Source: an uncultured bacterium
GTDB lineage: Bacteria > Babelota > Babeliae > Babelales > Babelaceae
Reading direction: 5' to 3'
NCBI GenBank assembly: GCA_963722385.1
Contig: CAVRKK010000002.1
Location: 1-64,000 of the forward strand
DNA length: 64,000 nt
The first letter of the stretch is position 1. Each line of letters opens with the position of its first letter. The notes beneath the pieces were generated by a model. That model searched no databases, was not told the DNA's origin, and saw nothing but the letters and a program-made list of their open reading frames with translations. Below are positions 19,919-29,610 of this stretch, piece by piece. The translations under genes were made by a program, and so were the position numbers.

Positions 19919-21052
19919 CTACGTACATTGCATAAACGGTCGAGCTTGACCTCTCCTGATAGCCAGTCGCCCTTTTTTAGTACGGCAATAGCTATCTTTA
20001 AGATACTTACGCGTCATTTTGAAATACCAATCCATATAGCTCACATATCCCAATGTCTCGCGCAAGCCGAGATTAGTTGGAAAGTGCTCAGTATCAATAA
20101 ATACGGGCTTGCCCGTTTGCTTTTCAATCATATAGTTGGTAATATTAGGATCTAACCTTTCTTTTAACCAGCGGGCAAGAGAAAGCACCAATTCAGCATC
20201 ATCTTTATTGTACATTGAAAATCCACGCTCCGATTCTATCGCATCGCTAACGATAGCATAGGTCGCTGGCAACCTGATGCGCTGTTCTTTTTGGCCGTTG
20301 ACTCCGTACCCAATAACCTCAAACCAGCGAGTCTCCGAGGGAAGCCAAAACCATTTACGTATACACGGTGCCATAATCGACGACCAGTAAGGGCTTTTCT
20401 CTATGCGGTGCTTCATGTAGTGTAAATTTTTAACGCGGGTAAAACCGACCAAGTATCGACTAACGCCACCTGCCATATTAAAGAGGCAATTTTGCTCGAG
20501 GTCCTTGTGAAAAGGCCTTACAAAGAGGTGAGGAGTCTCGGTAAAAAGTTTGATTACAAAGCGGTCATACGGGTGGGGCTTTGGTTTGAAAATAATCAGC
20601 CCCGTTGATCGTTTAAAATTAAAATTATTTTTTTTAAGCACGGTAAAGCGCTTATAATTTTTTTTAGGTCTCTTTGCTTTTTGGAGCTCAAGAAGGCACT
20701 CACCAATAAAAGCGTCGAGAAACTCGCCTCTGGCATATTTATCTTTTTCATTTCTCAGATTTATAAAGCCTTTTGGCAGAAGATTTGCCATAAAATAGTC
20801 ACGATCAAAAAGTTTAAAGATAGTACTCGCTTCAAACTCATGGCCCCTTAATGAGTACTCTTCGCTTTCGTCAGCAACCCAGCGGGTTCGTATTTCTGCC
20901 ATTGTTGGATCGGCAGGTCGATGAATCCAACGAGCTTGTCCTCGTGCATTCTCCTGTCTGCCGACCAAGACAAGAAGAATAGTCACCCTAGTCAACCAAT
21001 AAGCGTACTGCTTCATGCGTCCCCTCTCCCCTAATGATAGATAAGCTAGCAT
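19919..21052 (-). CDS. Hypothetical exported protein with kinase-like motifs (likely start 21016)
   Basis: 377 aa ORF; FVIKLF, LDPNITNY, VFIDTE. Confidence 0.65.
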   Translation of the reverse strand: MLAYLSLGERGRMKQYAYWLTRVTILLVLVGRQENARGQARWIHRPADPTMAEIRTRWVADESEEYSLRGHEFEASTIFKLFDRDYFMANLLPKGFINLRNEKDKYARGEFLDAFIGECLLELQKAKRPKKNYKRFTVLKKNNFNFKRSTGLIIFKPKPHPYDRFVIKLFTETPHLFVRPFHKDLEQNCLFNMAGGVSRYLVGFTRVKNLHYMKHRIEKSPYWSSIMAPCIRKWFWLPSETRWFEVIGYGVNGQKEQRIRLPATYAIVSDAIESERGFSMYNKDDAELVLSLARWLKERLDPNITNYMIEKQTGKPVFIDTEHFPTNLGLRETLGYVSYMDWYFKMTRKYLKDSYCRTKKGRLAIRRGQARPFMQCT

Positions 21053-21194
21053 GCCGCTCGTATTAGCCGCAAGAGTTCACAAGTCAACTTCAAGAGAGTT
21101 GATTTTTAATATTTTTGTCTGGTAATCTAGTCATGACATTTTATTTAAAAGTGTTAGCGGTGACACGTTATAATCTTAACAGGGAGACCTTTAC

Positions 21195-21725
21195 ATGAAG
21201 CCCCAAGCATTGCCCCGACATCTCCAGGTTCTATCCCACCTGAGTCGGCTGCCACGCAAAATCATCGCTCTTTACGGAAGTGATCATATGAGCGAGTTCA
21301 CGTTACATGAGCTCTGTCATATTGCCTGTTTCAAGCTTGAGAAAGCAGCTTATTTCGTCGATAATCCTGATTTTGATTGCTTCCAAGGAGTAGCGGGGTA
21401 TGACCATACCGAGCATAACGACTCGTTTGTCGATGAGCTCAATCGACCGCAGTCATTTTGCACGCATTTACGCTCGTGTAAATTTAATCAACGCGTACGC
21501 GCGATAGGAAGCATAAGCTATAAAAGAGCAAAAAGGACCGAGGCTGACATACTTAAAGTTCTTGCGCCAGAGCTCACTATTAAAAATCCATGTTGCTATG
21601 TTTGGCCGCTCAAACATGGTAATTACGGCATATTAATTTACGAAAAAGGTAATAGCCAGGCAGAAGAATTAAAAGAGCACATCGAAAATGGTATTCATCT
21701 CTTAAGCTTTTGCAGCCTATTTTAG
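21195..21725 (+). CDS. Hypothetical protein (possibly GAF-like fold)
   Basis: 176 aa with GGGAG RBS; C-terminal VWPLK...YGILIY strand pattern. Confidence 0.7.
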   Translation: MKPQALPRHLQVLSHLSRLPRKIIALYGSDHMSEFTLHELCHIACFKLEKAAYFVDNPDFDCFQGVAGYDHTEHNDSFVDELNRPQSFCTHLRSCKFNQRVRAIGSISYKRAKRTEADILKVLAPELTIKNPCCYVWPLKHGNYGILIYEKGNSQAEELKEHIENGIHLLSFCSLF

Positions 21726-21987
21726 GTCAGCTTAAAAACGATTTTTACCATCTCTTTTAGTTCCTTGAGCAACGGTTAGCCCACCTATACCTGCTTTAAC
21801 AAGCACTTCCAACTTTTCTGCTATTTTCTTAAATCTTGTCTTGGCTTTTTGCTGATATGCGACAGGGAGCATAGCTCCTCGCCGCCCCCTGCCGGGCCAC
21901 CCCTAACCCTGCGGCGAGGTTAGCAGCCTGGTAGGTATAAGCATAAAAAATCTTAAAAGAGCAAAACAAGAAACTTATATCAAGAAT

Positions 21988-23358
21988 CTAATTTGCCAAA
22001 ATTTTCTGCTCAAGCTGCTCAAGAAGGCCAGCTAATGCGGCATCTTGATTTCGTTGCTTTTCGATTTTGGCAATAGCGTGAATAATGGTTGAATGGTCCT
22101 TGCGATCAAGAAAGAGTGCTATTTCTCGCAATGAGCGATCAGTAAGCTTTTTCATAAGGTACACAGCAACATGTCGTGCCAGTGCGAGCTCCTTACTTCT
22201 TCCCGCCGATTTAAGCTCACTTACTGCATAATTAAAATTTTGAGCCACATGTTTTATAACATTGGGCAAGTCGGTTACGCGCTTCTTTGACTCTTTGGTA
22301 TGCGCGAGCACTTTATTAACAAGCTCAAGCGTGATCGGCTGATGCGTAAAAGAAGCGAAGGCAAGAACGCGTATAAGCCAACCCTCAAGCTCCCGCACAC
22401 TATGCGTAGTGCGTTCAGCCATAAAATCGGCGACTGCACAATCGAGCACAACATTATGGAGCGCTGCTTTCTTATGTAAAATCGCTGCCCTCGTCGCCGT
22501 CGACGCAAGCTGGATATCAGCAACCAACCCGCCCTCGATACGTGATCGAATTCTTTCATGAAGGCCGGTCATATCGCGGGGTAGCGCATTACTGGTAAAC
22601 ACAATTTGCTTGCGCGCCTGATAAAGCGTGTTAAAAATCTGAAAAAAAATTTCCTGAGTTTGTTCCTTATTGGATATGTACTGAATATCATCCATAAGAA
22701 GCACATCAGCGCCTTTGTAACGGCTTTCGAACTGGTATACACGATCAGCACGGACGGCTGCGATAAACTCGTTGGTAAAGCGGTCTGCTGATTGGTACAA
22801 AATGGTAGCTTTTTTATTTGCCATGCGCAGATGATTGCCGATGGCTTGTAGAAGATGTGTTTTACCCATGCCTGCTGCACCCCATATGAGGAGAGGGTTA
22901 TATAAGCCACCCGGATTTTCGGCTACGGCGTGTGCTGCTGCATATGCCAATGAGTTATTGGCGCCAACAATAAAGCTGTCAAATTGGTGGTGGGGAACGA
23001 GAAAGCCGCGAGGAGAGATTGGTGCGCGTGCCGGCATAATTTTTTTTGCTATGTCCGCGCTTTGGTTACGAGTGCTTGGTGATAAATTTCCTGCAGAGCG
23101 CGCTGAAGCTGTTTCTACAAATGAGATATTGAGCGTTGTTTCATTAAGTAAGCGGCCGAGGTGCTGGCTAAATAATGGACGGTAATGCGACTCAACCCAG
23201 TCTTTAACAAACACGTTCGGCGCCGTAAAGTACGCAGTTTTAGTGTGGGCATCCCAGCGAACTAAGCCGATGGCCTTGAACCACGTCTCCACAACGCGGC
23301 TGCCAACTTCAACAGAAAGAATTTTGAGAAACTCTTGCCATAGCGTGTCAAGAACCAC
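21988..23358 (-). CDS. dnaA: Chromosomal replication initiator DnaA
   Basis: YNPLLIWGAAGMGKTHLL, LLMDDIQ, VRELEG, RKDHSTIIHA. Confidence 0.97.
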   Translation of the reverse strand: MVLDTLWQEFLKILSVEVGSRVVETWFKAIGLVRWDAHTKTAYFTAPNVFVKDWVESHYRPLFSQHLGRLLNETTLNISFVETASARSAGNLSPSTRNQSADIAKKIMPARAPISPRGFLVPHHQFDSFIVGANNSLAYAAAHAVAENPGGLYNPLLIWGAAGMGKTHLLQAIGNHLRMANKKATILYQSADRFTNEFIAAVRADRVYQFESRYKGADVLLMDDIQYISNKEQTQEIFFQIFNTLYQARKQIVFTSNALPRDMTGLHERIRSRIEGGLVADIQLASTATRAAILHKKAALHNVVLDCAVADFMAERTTHSVRELEGWLIRVLAFASFTHQPITLELVNKVLAHTKESKKRVTDLPNVIKHVAQNFNYAVSELKSAGRSKELALARHVAVYLMKKLTDRSLREIALFLDRKDHSTIIHAIAKIEKQRNQDAALAGLLEQLEQKILAN

Positions 23359-23577
23359 AATCTTTCCCGTTTATTTATAACTTTTTGAATCGCTTGTTTT
23401 ACAAGCTCAACTTCCCCAGCATTTTGCTGCAGAATTTTTAGATGAGCATACATAAGCATATCAAAAATTGTGGGAACTACCATGTTGACTTTATAAAACA
23501 TTGCATCAGTGACGTTATTCGAAAAACATGATGGAATCGAGATAATCAATTAGTAGGATGTCGCAACTATAGCATCT

Positions 23578-23727
23578 GGCTCGCCTACGCGGCGAGCGGC
23601 AGGGCGGCGGCCCTGCACCCATTGCTCCAATTTACGTTGCTCTACACGCTTGTCTTTTACCGTTCGATGAATGCTATAACCATGCGAGGCGCATGCTTAT
23701 AGCTACTGCAATCCTCCTAACGGAGGC
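23578..23727 (+). repeat. Structured intergenic repeat, copy A (5' half only)
   Basis: Aligns with 37240..37657 (+) and 26231..26562 (-); multiple hairpins. Confidence 0.8.
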
Positions 23728-23767
23728 TAAAAACGAACATAAAGACGAATATAGGTGAATTAAGACG

Positions 23768-23844
23768 TGGTGCGCCCGACAGGAATTGAACCTGCGACCT
23801 ACAGATTAGGAATCTGTCGCTCTATCCGACTGAGCTACGGGCGC
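23768..23844 (-). tRNA. tRNA-Arg(CCT)
   Basis: Cloverleaf; anticodon arm ACAGA-TTCCTAA-TCTGT; encoded CCA. Confidence 0.95.
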
Positions 23845-23854
23845 TCATGCTCTA

Positions 23855-24364
23855 TTATAACCCAGAAGAAACAGATTGACGAGCTCTCTTAATTAATTGA
23901 TCGCGCAACGCTATCGCCTCTGCCGGCGCAACTCCTGGTATGCGGCCTTGAATAGAGGTAACATGCTTGCCATACCCACTAACGCCAGCCGTGCGAATTA
24001 TTACGTCAGATAGCCCCAAGAATCGCGCTATAATCCCACGCCGAATGTCAACCGACTGTATACGCTCATAAGGGATAGTTAATGATTCATGCCATATAAC
24101 ACCGCCTTCCTGATGAAAAGCATTATCAAGCAACTCATAACGGTAATTCTTGACGTCCAAAAAGGCCCATATAAACAGCACAATGGCCAAGGCAGAAATC
24201 GTAAGCAGAAGCCACCAGAGAAAAACGGGAAACGTCTGCCCGAAAAGGCTTTTCGGTTTCACCACAACGATAAAAAAGAATTCAAATAGAGCAAATATTA
24301 AAATAGTCGGAATAAGCGGGCTCGAAAAAAGCAGCCATACAGCCCGTGGGTCAAGTTTTTTCAT
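23855..24364 (-). CDS. YdbS-like membrane protein with bacterial PH domain
   Basis: Two TMs followed by IPYERIQSVDIRRGIIARFLGL...IRTAG. Confidence 0.88.
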   Translation of the reverse strand: MKKLDPRAVWLLFSSPLIPTILIFALFEFFFIVVVKPKSLFGQTFPVFLWWLLLTISALAIVLFIWAFLDVKNYRYELLDNAFHQEGGVIWHESLTIPYERIQSVDIRRGIIARFLGLSDVIIRTAGVSGYGKHVTSIQGRIPGVAPAEAIALRDQLIKRARQSVSSGL

Positions 24365-24663
24365 AAATCAGATCTCCTTCGAATGATTAATGAGCACGCA
24401 CTCAAGTTAGCAAAAATAAGAGTAACAGTGCCAGAAAATAATCTTGTTGACAGCAATGTTCAAGTTTGTAAAACTTAAAAGACTATCACAATCCAGAGAC
24501 TCTGAGGAGTAGGGCAATGGAAATTACGGTGTCCCCCAAAATATACTAGAGCGAATGCGCTCTAGCACTCCCGCTAAAAATCTAATTTTTTCTTCAGTTA
24601 AACTTTTGCTCACTTAAGATTTGAGCACATGCTTTACTGTGTTATCGCATAAAGGGATGCACT

Positions 24664-25428
24664 ATGTCTGATATTCTCCTCAAAATTATAGATATTAAAA
24701 AAACATATTACCGGAATGGCAAGCCTGAAAACGAGGCTCTTAAAGGCATTTCGTTAGAAATCAAGCGCGGAGAAATTTTTGGCTTGCTCGGGGTAAATGG
24801 AGCCGGCAAAACAACATTGTCGTCCATTATTGCTACCTTACATCCACCAACCTTCGGCGATATCGAAATTAATGGCCAATCGATTTACCGAAACCTTTAT
24901 GCCTATCGCTTACGCCTTGGCTTTTGTCCACAACGCCCAAACTTAAACCCCGCGCTGAGTCTCGAAAACAACTTACGTTTCGCGGGTCGATTTTATGGAA
25001 TGTCAGAAGCTCGTATCGAGCAACGCCTAGCCGCTCTCGTCGATCAATTTGAGCTTGGTCATTATTTATCCCAGAAGCCATACGTGCTATCAGGCGGGTA
25101 CAAGCAGAGGTTTATGATTGCGCGTAGCCTAATGCATGAGCCCAGCCTCATTTTGCTTGATGAGCCGACCGTTGGCCTTGATCCGCACATTCGACGTCAG
25201 CTCTGGCAAAAAATCAAAGAGCTCAAGGCACAGGGTATCACGATAATCTTAACGACTCATTATCTGGATGAAGCAGAGCAGCTTTCTGATCGCGTCTGTA
25301 TTCTTGATCAGGGTCAGGTAAGGCTTATTGATACGCCTGATAAACTTCTCGCTGATTTTAAGAAAAAAAATCTTGAGGACGTTTTTGTAGCATTACTGAG
25401 CGAAAGCCAAACTTCATTGATAAAGTAA
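24664..25428 (+). CDS. ABC-2 type exporter ATP-binding subunit
   Basis: GVNGAGKT, LSGG, LLDEPTVGLD, TTHY. Confidence 0.95.
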   Translation: MSDILLKIIDIKKTYYRNGKPENEALKGISLEIKRGEIFGLLGVNGAGKTTLSSIIATLHPPTFGDIEINGQSIYRNLYAYRLRLGFCPQRPNLNPALSLENNLRFAGRFYGMSEARIEQRLAALVDQFELGHYLSQKPYVLSGGYKQRFMIARSLMHEPSLILLDEPTVGLDPHIRRQLWQKIKELKAQGITIILTTHYLDEAEQLSDRVCILDQGQVRLIDTPDKLLADFKKKNLEDVFVALLSESQTSLIK

Positions 25429-25440
25429 CAAAGGATTAGT

Positions 25441-26223
25441 ATGACGACGTCATTTTATTGGCATGTTTTCAAGCAGCTTTTATATGCTGATTTGATCGTT
25501 TTTTATGAATCATTTAAAGATAAGCTCATCGACCTTTTTATCTGGGTTGCTATTACGCTGTTAGTGATGGGATATATCATGCCCGCTTTTGGCTTGACGA
25601 ATTTTGGGTCCTTCCAGCTAGCGGGCACGATAGCAAGTGCGGGGCTTTTTGAAGTGTTTCCCAGTGCTATGGCCTTAGTAAGCGATTTTTCAGGGGATCG
25701 CACTATTTCTTATCAGCTCACGCTACCTGTTCCATCATGGCTGGTATTAGCGAAGATTGTCACTTACTATGCCCTCAATGCGATTGTTTTAAGCATATGC
25801 GTTGTCCCGATGGGCAAAATTGTACTATTAAATAAGTTTGACATGGCACGAATTGACCCAATTCGATTTTTCTGCTTAGTCATATTGCTTGGCATATTCT
25901 ATGGTGTATTTACGCTCTGGATCGCCAGTCGCGCAGACACAATCGCTAAAATGAATGGCGTATGGGCACGTTTTATTTTTCCCATGTGGTTTTTAGGAGG
26001 TTTCCAGTTCTCGTGGCTCGCCATGTACGAGGTTGCGCCTTTGTTGGCTTATGTGGGCCTTTTTAATCCTATGACCTACATCATGGAAGGGGCGCGTGCT
26101 TCAGTATTAGGACAAGCCGGCTATCTGCCCTTTTGGCCTTGTATGCTTGCTTTAGTTGGCTTTAGTTTTCTTTTTGGGTCGCTGGCTTGGGGTCGCCTCA
26201 AAAAGCGCCTCGATTTTATTTAG
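25441..26223 (+). CDS. ABC-2 type exporter permease
   Basis: About 6 TMs, NPMTYIMEG motif, follows the ATPase. Confidence 0.88.
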   Translation: MTTSFYWHVFKQLLYADLIVFYESFKDKLIDLFIWVAITLLVMGYIMPAFGLTNFGSFQLAGTIASAGLFEVFPSAMALVSDFSGDRTISYQLTLPVPSWLVLAKIVTYYALNAIVLSICVVPMGKIVLLNKFDMARIDPIRFFCLVILLGIFYGVFTLWIASRADTIAKMNGVWARFIFPMWFLGGFQFSWLAMYEVAPLLAYVGLFNPMTYIMEGARASVLGQAGYLPFWPCMLALVGFSFLFGSLAWGRLKKRLDFI

Positions 26224-26230
26224 CATAGGA

Positions 26231-26562
26231 AATCGAATCGCCTGCGCGGCTGGCGCCAAAGGGACATCGTCCCTTTGCAATCCCCAAAGCGTTATGCTTA
26301 CAGGCTTAGTATGTGTAGTTATCGTCCGCAAAAGCGTACGATAACTTACGCCATTATCATGTCGCTACGCTTCATGATAAAAATTTAATATTGCTTTCTA
26401 TTTTCCGTCAGGAAAATTGCGGTAGCCATAATCATGCGCCACGCATGGTTATGGCACGAGAAGAAATAAAAGATAGAGCAATAGAGCAAGAATAACCAAG
26501 CAATGGGTGCAGGGCCACTGCCCTGCTGCCCGCCGCACAGGCGCGCCCGCTGCGCAAGCGTT
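26231..26562 (-). repeat. Structured intergenic repeat, copy B
   Basis: Reverse complement aligns with 37240..37657, including long identical blocks. Confidence 0.9.
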
Positions 26563-26589
26563 CAGCGGTATAGGCAACTCAGATCTTAC

Positions 26590-26666
26590 TGGTGCGCCCG
26601 GCAGGACTCGAACCTGCAACCAACGGATTCGAAGTCCGGTACTCTATCCAATTGAGCTACGGGCGC
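26590..26666 (-). tRNA. tRNA-Arg(TCG)
   Basis: Cloverleaf, anticodon loop CTTCGAA, encoded CCA. Confidence 0.95.
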
Positions 26667-26730
26667 ATAACGAAAGAAGATACCTTTATCATAGCAAAAA
26701 AATTAGGTAAGAACTAGCTGATTACGGTCG

Positions 26731-27474
26731 TCACTCTCCAGCCATGCTCATCGTAAAATACGCTAAAAATTCCTTGTTACCCGAAGCACCCGTTATGGGC
26801 GATTCGATAACACCATGGCTAACAAAGCCATAAGATTCAATACCAGCTACAACACACTTGATAACACGTTCATGGACAGCAGGGTCCTTAATAATACCAC
26901 CGCGACCGATTTCTTGGCGCCCTGCTTCAAATTGTGGCTTAATAAGAACAACCAATTGCCCACCCGGCTTAAGCAAAGAAACAACTGCCGGCATAACTTT
27001 GAGCACTGAAATAAATGAAAGATCAAGCGTAATGATATCAACAAGCTCGCCAACGCTGCTCAATGAACGCAAATTAGTCCGCTCCATAATAACCACGCGT
27101 GGGTCCCGGCGAAGCTTCTCATGCACTTGACCATAACCAACGTCAATGCCATAGACTTTGCTCGCCCCATGCTGTAGTAAACAATCAGCAAACCCACCCG
27201 TCGATAGCCCCGCATCCAGAGCTGTCATGCCCCTTACATCGATACCAAATGCCTCTAGCGCTTTTTCAAGCTTGAGACCAGCACGTGATACGTAGCGTGG
27301 CTCTTCAACATTTACCCGAATGCAGGCATCTTCCATAACAGGGGTTCCTGCTTTGGCAACTACCGTATCATTTACCAACACCAAGCCCTGCATAATCCAG
27401 CTCTGCAATTGCTGCCGACTATATTGGGGATAAAGCTCCTGTAAACGAGCATCAAGCCTTTTTCTTTGCTTCAT
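26731..27474 (-). CDS. tlyA: TlyA family rRNA 2'-O-methyltransferase
   Basis: S4 domain, YVSRAGLKL, DAGLSTGGF, DLSFIS, KPQFE, GASGNKEFL. Confidence 0.95.
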   Translation of the reverse strand: MKQRKRLDARLQELYPQYSRQQLQSWIMQGLVLVNDTVVAKAGTPVMEDACIRVNVEEPRYVSRAGLKLEKALEAFGIDVRGMTALDAGLSTGGFADCLLQHGASKVYGIDVGYGQVHEKLRRDPRVVIMERTNLRSLSSVGELVDIITLDLSFISVLKVMPAVVSLLKPGGQLVVLIKPQFEAGRQEIGRGGIIKDPAVHERVIKCVVAGIESYGFVSHGVIESPITGASGNKEFLAYFTMSMAGE

Positions 27475-29119
27475 CGCTTAATCTTTGCCGCTCTACCAAA
27501 AGCTCACTTATTAACGCAGAAAGCGGATAATAGAAATGTTCCGAAAGCCGCTTTTCCTCATCAAGAATTTGGTTAAACGGCAGGACTGCAAATATGTTTT
27601 GCTGCGTCTTAATGGTCAAGAAATTTGATTTTACGCTATCTTTAATCGCGTTCCTAAATTCTTCGAGAGTTTTAACGGGCTTGCCATTAACCTCACTCAA
27701 AATAGCCCCGGTGCCAAGAGTCCGCGAACGGGCTGCTGGCGAAGTCGGAAAGACATGCGTCACTATAAGCGCACCATCCATTTGGTTTTGAATCTCTAAA
27801 TACCGCGTAAGCTCAGGAGCAACCTGCACAAGGATCGGCAAATGATTGAGCGCGAGCGGCATAACAACCAATCCACCAATCACTTCATAATCGATTTTTT
27901 CATACCCTGGGTACATGCGTCGAATTGGACCAAGCTCAGACTCGCTAAAATTAAGCGCGACATGCCGCTCAGTTCCCTTACGATACGTACGTAGATTTAC
28001 CTTGTCCCCCAACATCAAACGCGAAATATAATCAGTAACCGCAATCTTGTCTTCGCTCCAAGGCACATTCATCTCGCCAAAAAGATCGAGCCGGTAGCCA
28101 TCGATTTCATAAATCATATCGCCTGGTTGCACACCAGCTTTTTCCAGGGGGCTATTGCGCTGTACACCAGCAACGTACAAGCCACCCGGTTGTGGATTGC
28201 CTAAAAAGCTCGTCAAGCTCTCCGAGGCAAAATTAAAGAGTATTCCCAAATAAGGCTTGCGTAAAAATTTAACTTTATTGGCATCAGGCATCTGTTTAAT
28301 ATGATGCAAAAATAGCTGTACTTCATTACTTGGGATAATATAGCCAACATTTTGGGCACCAGGAACGCCTGCAGAATTTACCCCGATGTACTCACCCTGG
28401 CAATTAATCGAAGGGCCTCCCGAGCTGCCCGGATTTATAGGGGCACTGATTTGAATCATATGCTGCCCACCAATCTGCTCGCGACCACTTACGATGCCGT
28501 TTGTGCTCTTGAGCGATTGCTGACCCAAAGGATAGCCAAGCGCCATGATTTCATCAGCCCGATGCACGGCATCCGAATTGCCTATAGAAAGAGCAGGAAT
28601 TTTGTCAAGTATCATCTTAACTTCCTCAAGATCCTTTGGCTTAAGACAAATCAGTGCTAAATCTCTTTCTGCGCTTACACCCTTGAGGTCAACCTCGAAG
28701 CGCCGCTTGCCAAATGATGGAATTTGGATACTAACGGCTTTTGCCTGATCGACAACGTGAGCATTGGTAATCATGTCACCCTGCTCAGTTATGAAAAAAC
28801 CGCTACCTGATGAATTATATTGGCCGGGTGACTTATAGGGCTCGAGCCAGTTAAACTCGGCAACCTCAGAAAATACCTGAACTACCGCATCCTTCAACTC
28901 GGACTGCAATGATCCCCAGGTCTTTACCGGCTGCCCGCTTACGCATGGCAAAGCAGCGGGTTTTTGTATCTGCTGCAGATGTTCTATTTCTTTTTTAAGG
29001 GACTCAAGAGAGAACTTCAGTGATTCGGCTTCGCGGCTACGGTCAAGATAGATTTTATGAGCTAGATAACCTACACCACAAAAAGCCGCTATCAATAATA
29101 ACTTTGTTATGCTGCGCAT
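27452..29119 (-). CDS. HtrA/DegP-like serine protease with PDZ domains
   Basis: TNAHVV, DLAL, INPGSSGGP triad; N-terminal TM; PDZ regions. Confidence 0.92.
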   Translation of the reverse strand: MRSITKLLLIAAFCGVGYLAHKIYLDRSREAESLKFSLESLKKEIEHLQQIQKPAALPCVSGQPVKTWGSLQSELKDAVVQVFSEVAEFNWLEPYKSPGQYNSSGSGFFITEQGDMITNAHVVDQAKAVSIQIPSFGKRRFEVDLKGVSAERDLALICLKPKDLEEVKMILDKIPALSIGNSDAVHRADEIMALGYPLGQQSLKSTNGIVSGREQIGGQHMIQISAPINPGSSGGPSINCQGEYIGVNSAGVPGAQNVGYIIPSNEVQLFLHHIKQMPDANKVKFLRKPYLGILFNFASESLTSFLGNPQPGGLYVAGVQRNSPLEKAGVQPGDMIYEIDGYRLDLFGEMNVPWSEDKIAVTDYISRLMLGDKVNLRTYRKGTERHVALNFSESELGPIRRMYPGYEKIDYEVIGGLVVMPLALNHLPILVQVAPELTRYLEIQNQMDGALIVTHVFPTSPAARSRTLGTGAILSEVNGKPVKTLEEFRNAIKDSVKSNFLTIKTQQNIFAVLPFNQILDEEKRLSEHFYYPLSALISELLVERQRLSDEAKKKA

Positions 29120-29207
29120 AGCGATTGTCCTTATCCTAAGAATAAAACTGATAATTCTTAGTTTAGCGGAAAAAAAGACAAAAGCCACCCGCGTAAGACT
29201 TAAACAC

Positions 29208-29241
29208 CAAATAACCGAGGGTTTTCACCCTCGGTTATTTG
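29208..29241. terminator. Intrinsic terminator hairpin
   Basis: CAAATAACCGAGGGT-TTTC-ACCCTCGGTTATTTG perfect inverted repeat. Confidence 0.75.
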
Positions 29242-29263
29242 ATTAATGTTCGTTAATAGCGCT

Positions 29264-29494
29264 TTACTTGGCAGGCACCACAGGCGTCGCCGGTGTTGGC
29301 GTTGCTGTCGATACCGATTCAGCCGCTACCGGCAAGGCAGGCCGTTCAACTGCTTTTGGCCGGCGCATAAGATAATATGCAAGAGCCGCAACAGTAATTA
29401 AACCTATAAGCGCTGGCAATAGCCATGACATATCATTTTTGTTTTTCATTTCGTAATCTCTCTTTTGAGGTTCGTTGTCTCTTCCATTAGTCAT
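29264..29494 (-). CDS. Small single-TM protein with Pro/Ala/Thr-rich tail
   Basis: AAAAGGAG RBS before MTNG; one TM; followed by a terminator. Confidence 0.65.
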   Translation of the reverse strand: MTNGRDNEPQKRDYEMKNKNDMSWLLPALIGLITVAALAYYLMRRPKAVERPALPVAAESVSTATPTPATPVVPAK

Positions 29495-29610
29495 TATATC
29501 TCCTTTTCGCTTTGTTACAACATGCTGCACGCTTTTTGCTCAAATCCCATTTATAATTATCATAATAGACTATATTATTTGCAACAATCAAGAGTTTTTA
29601 AAAATTTTTT

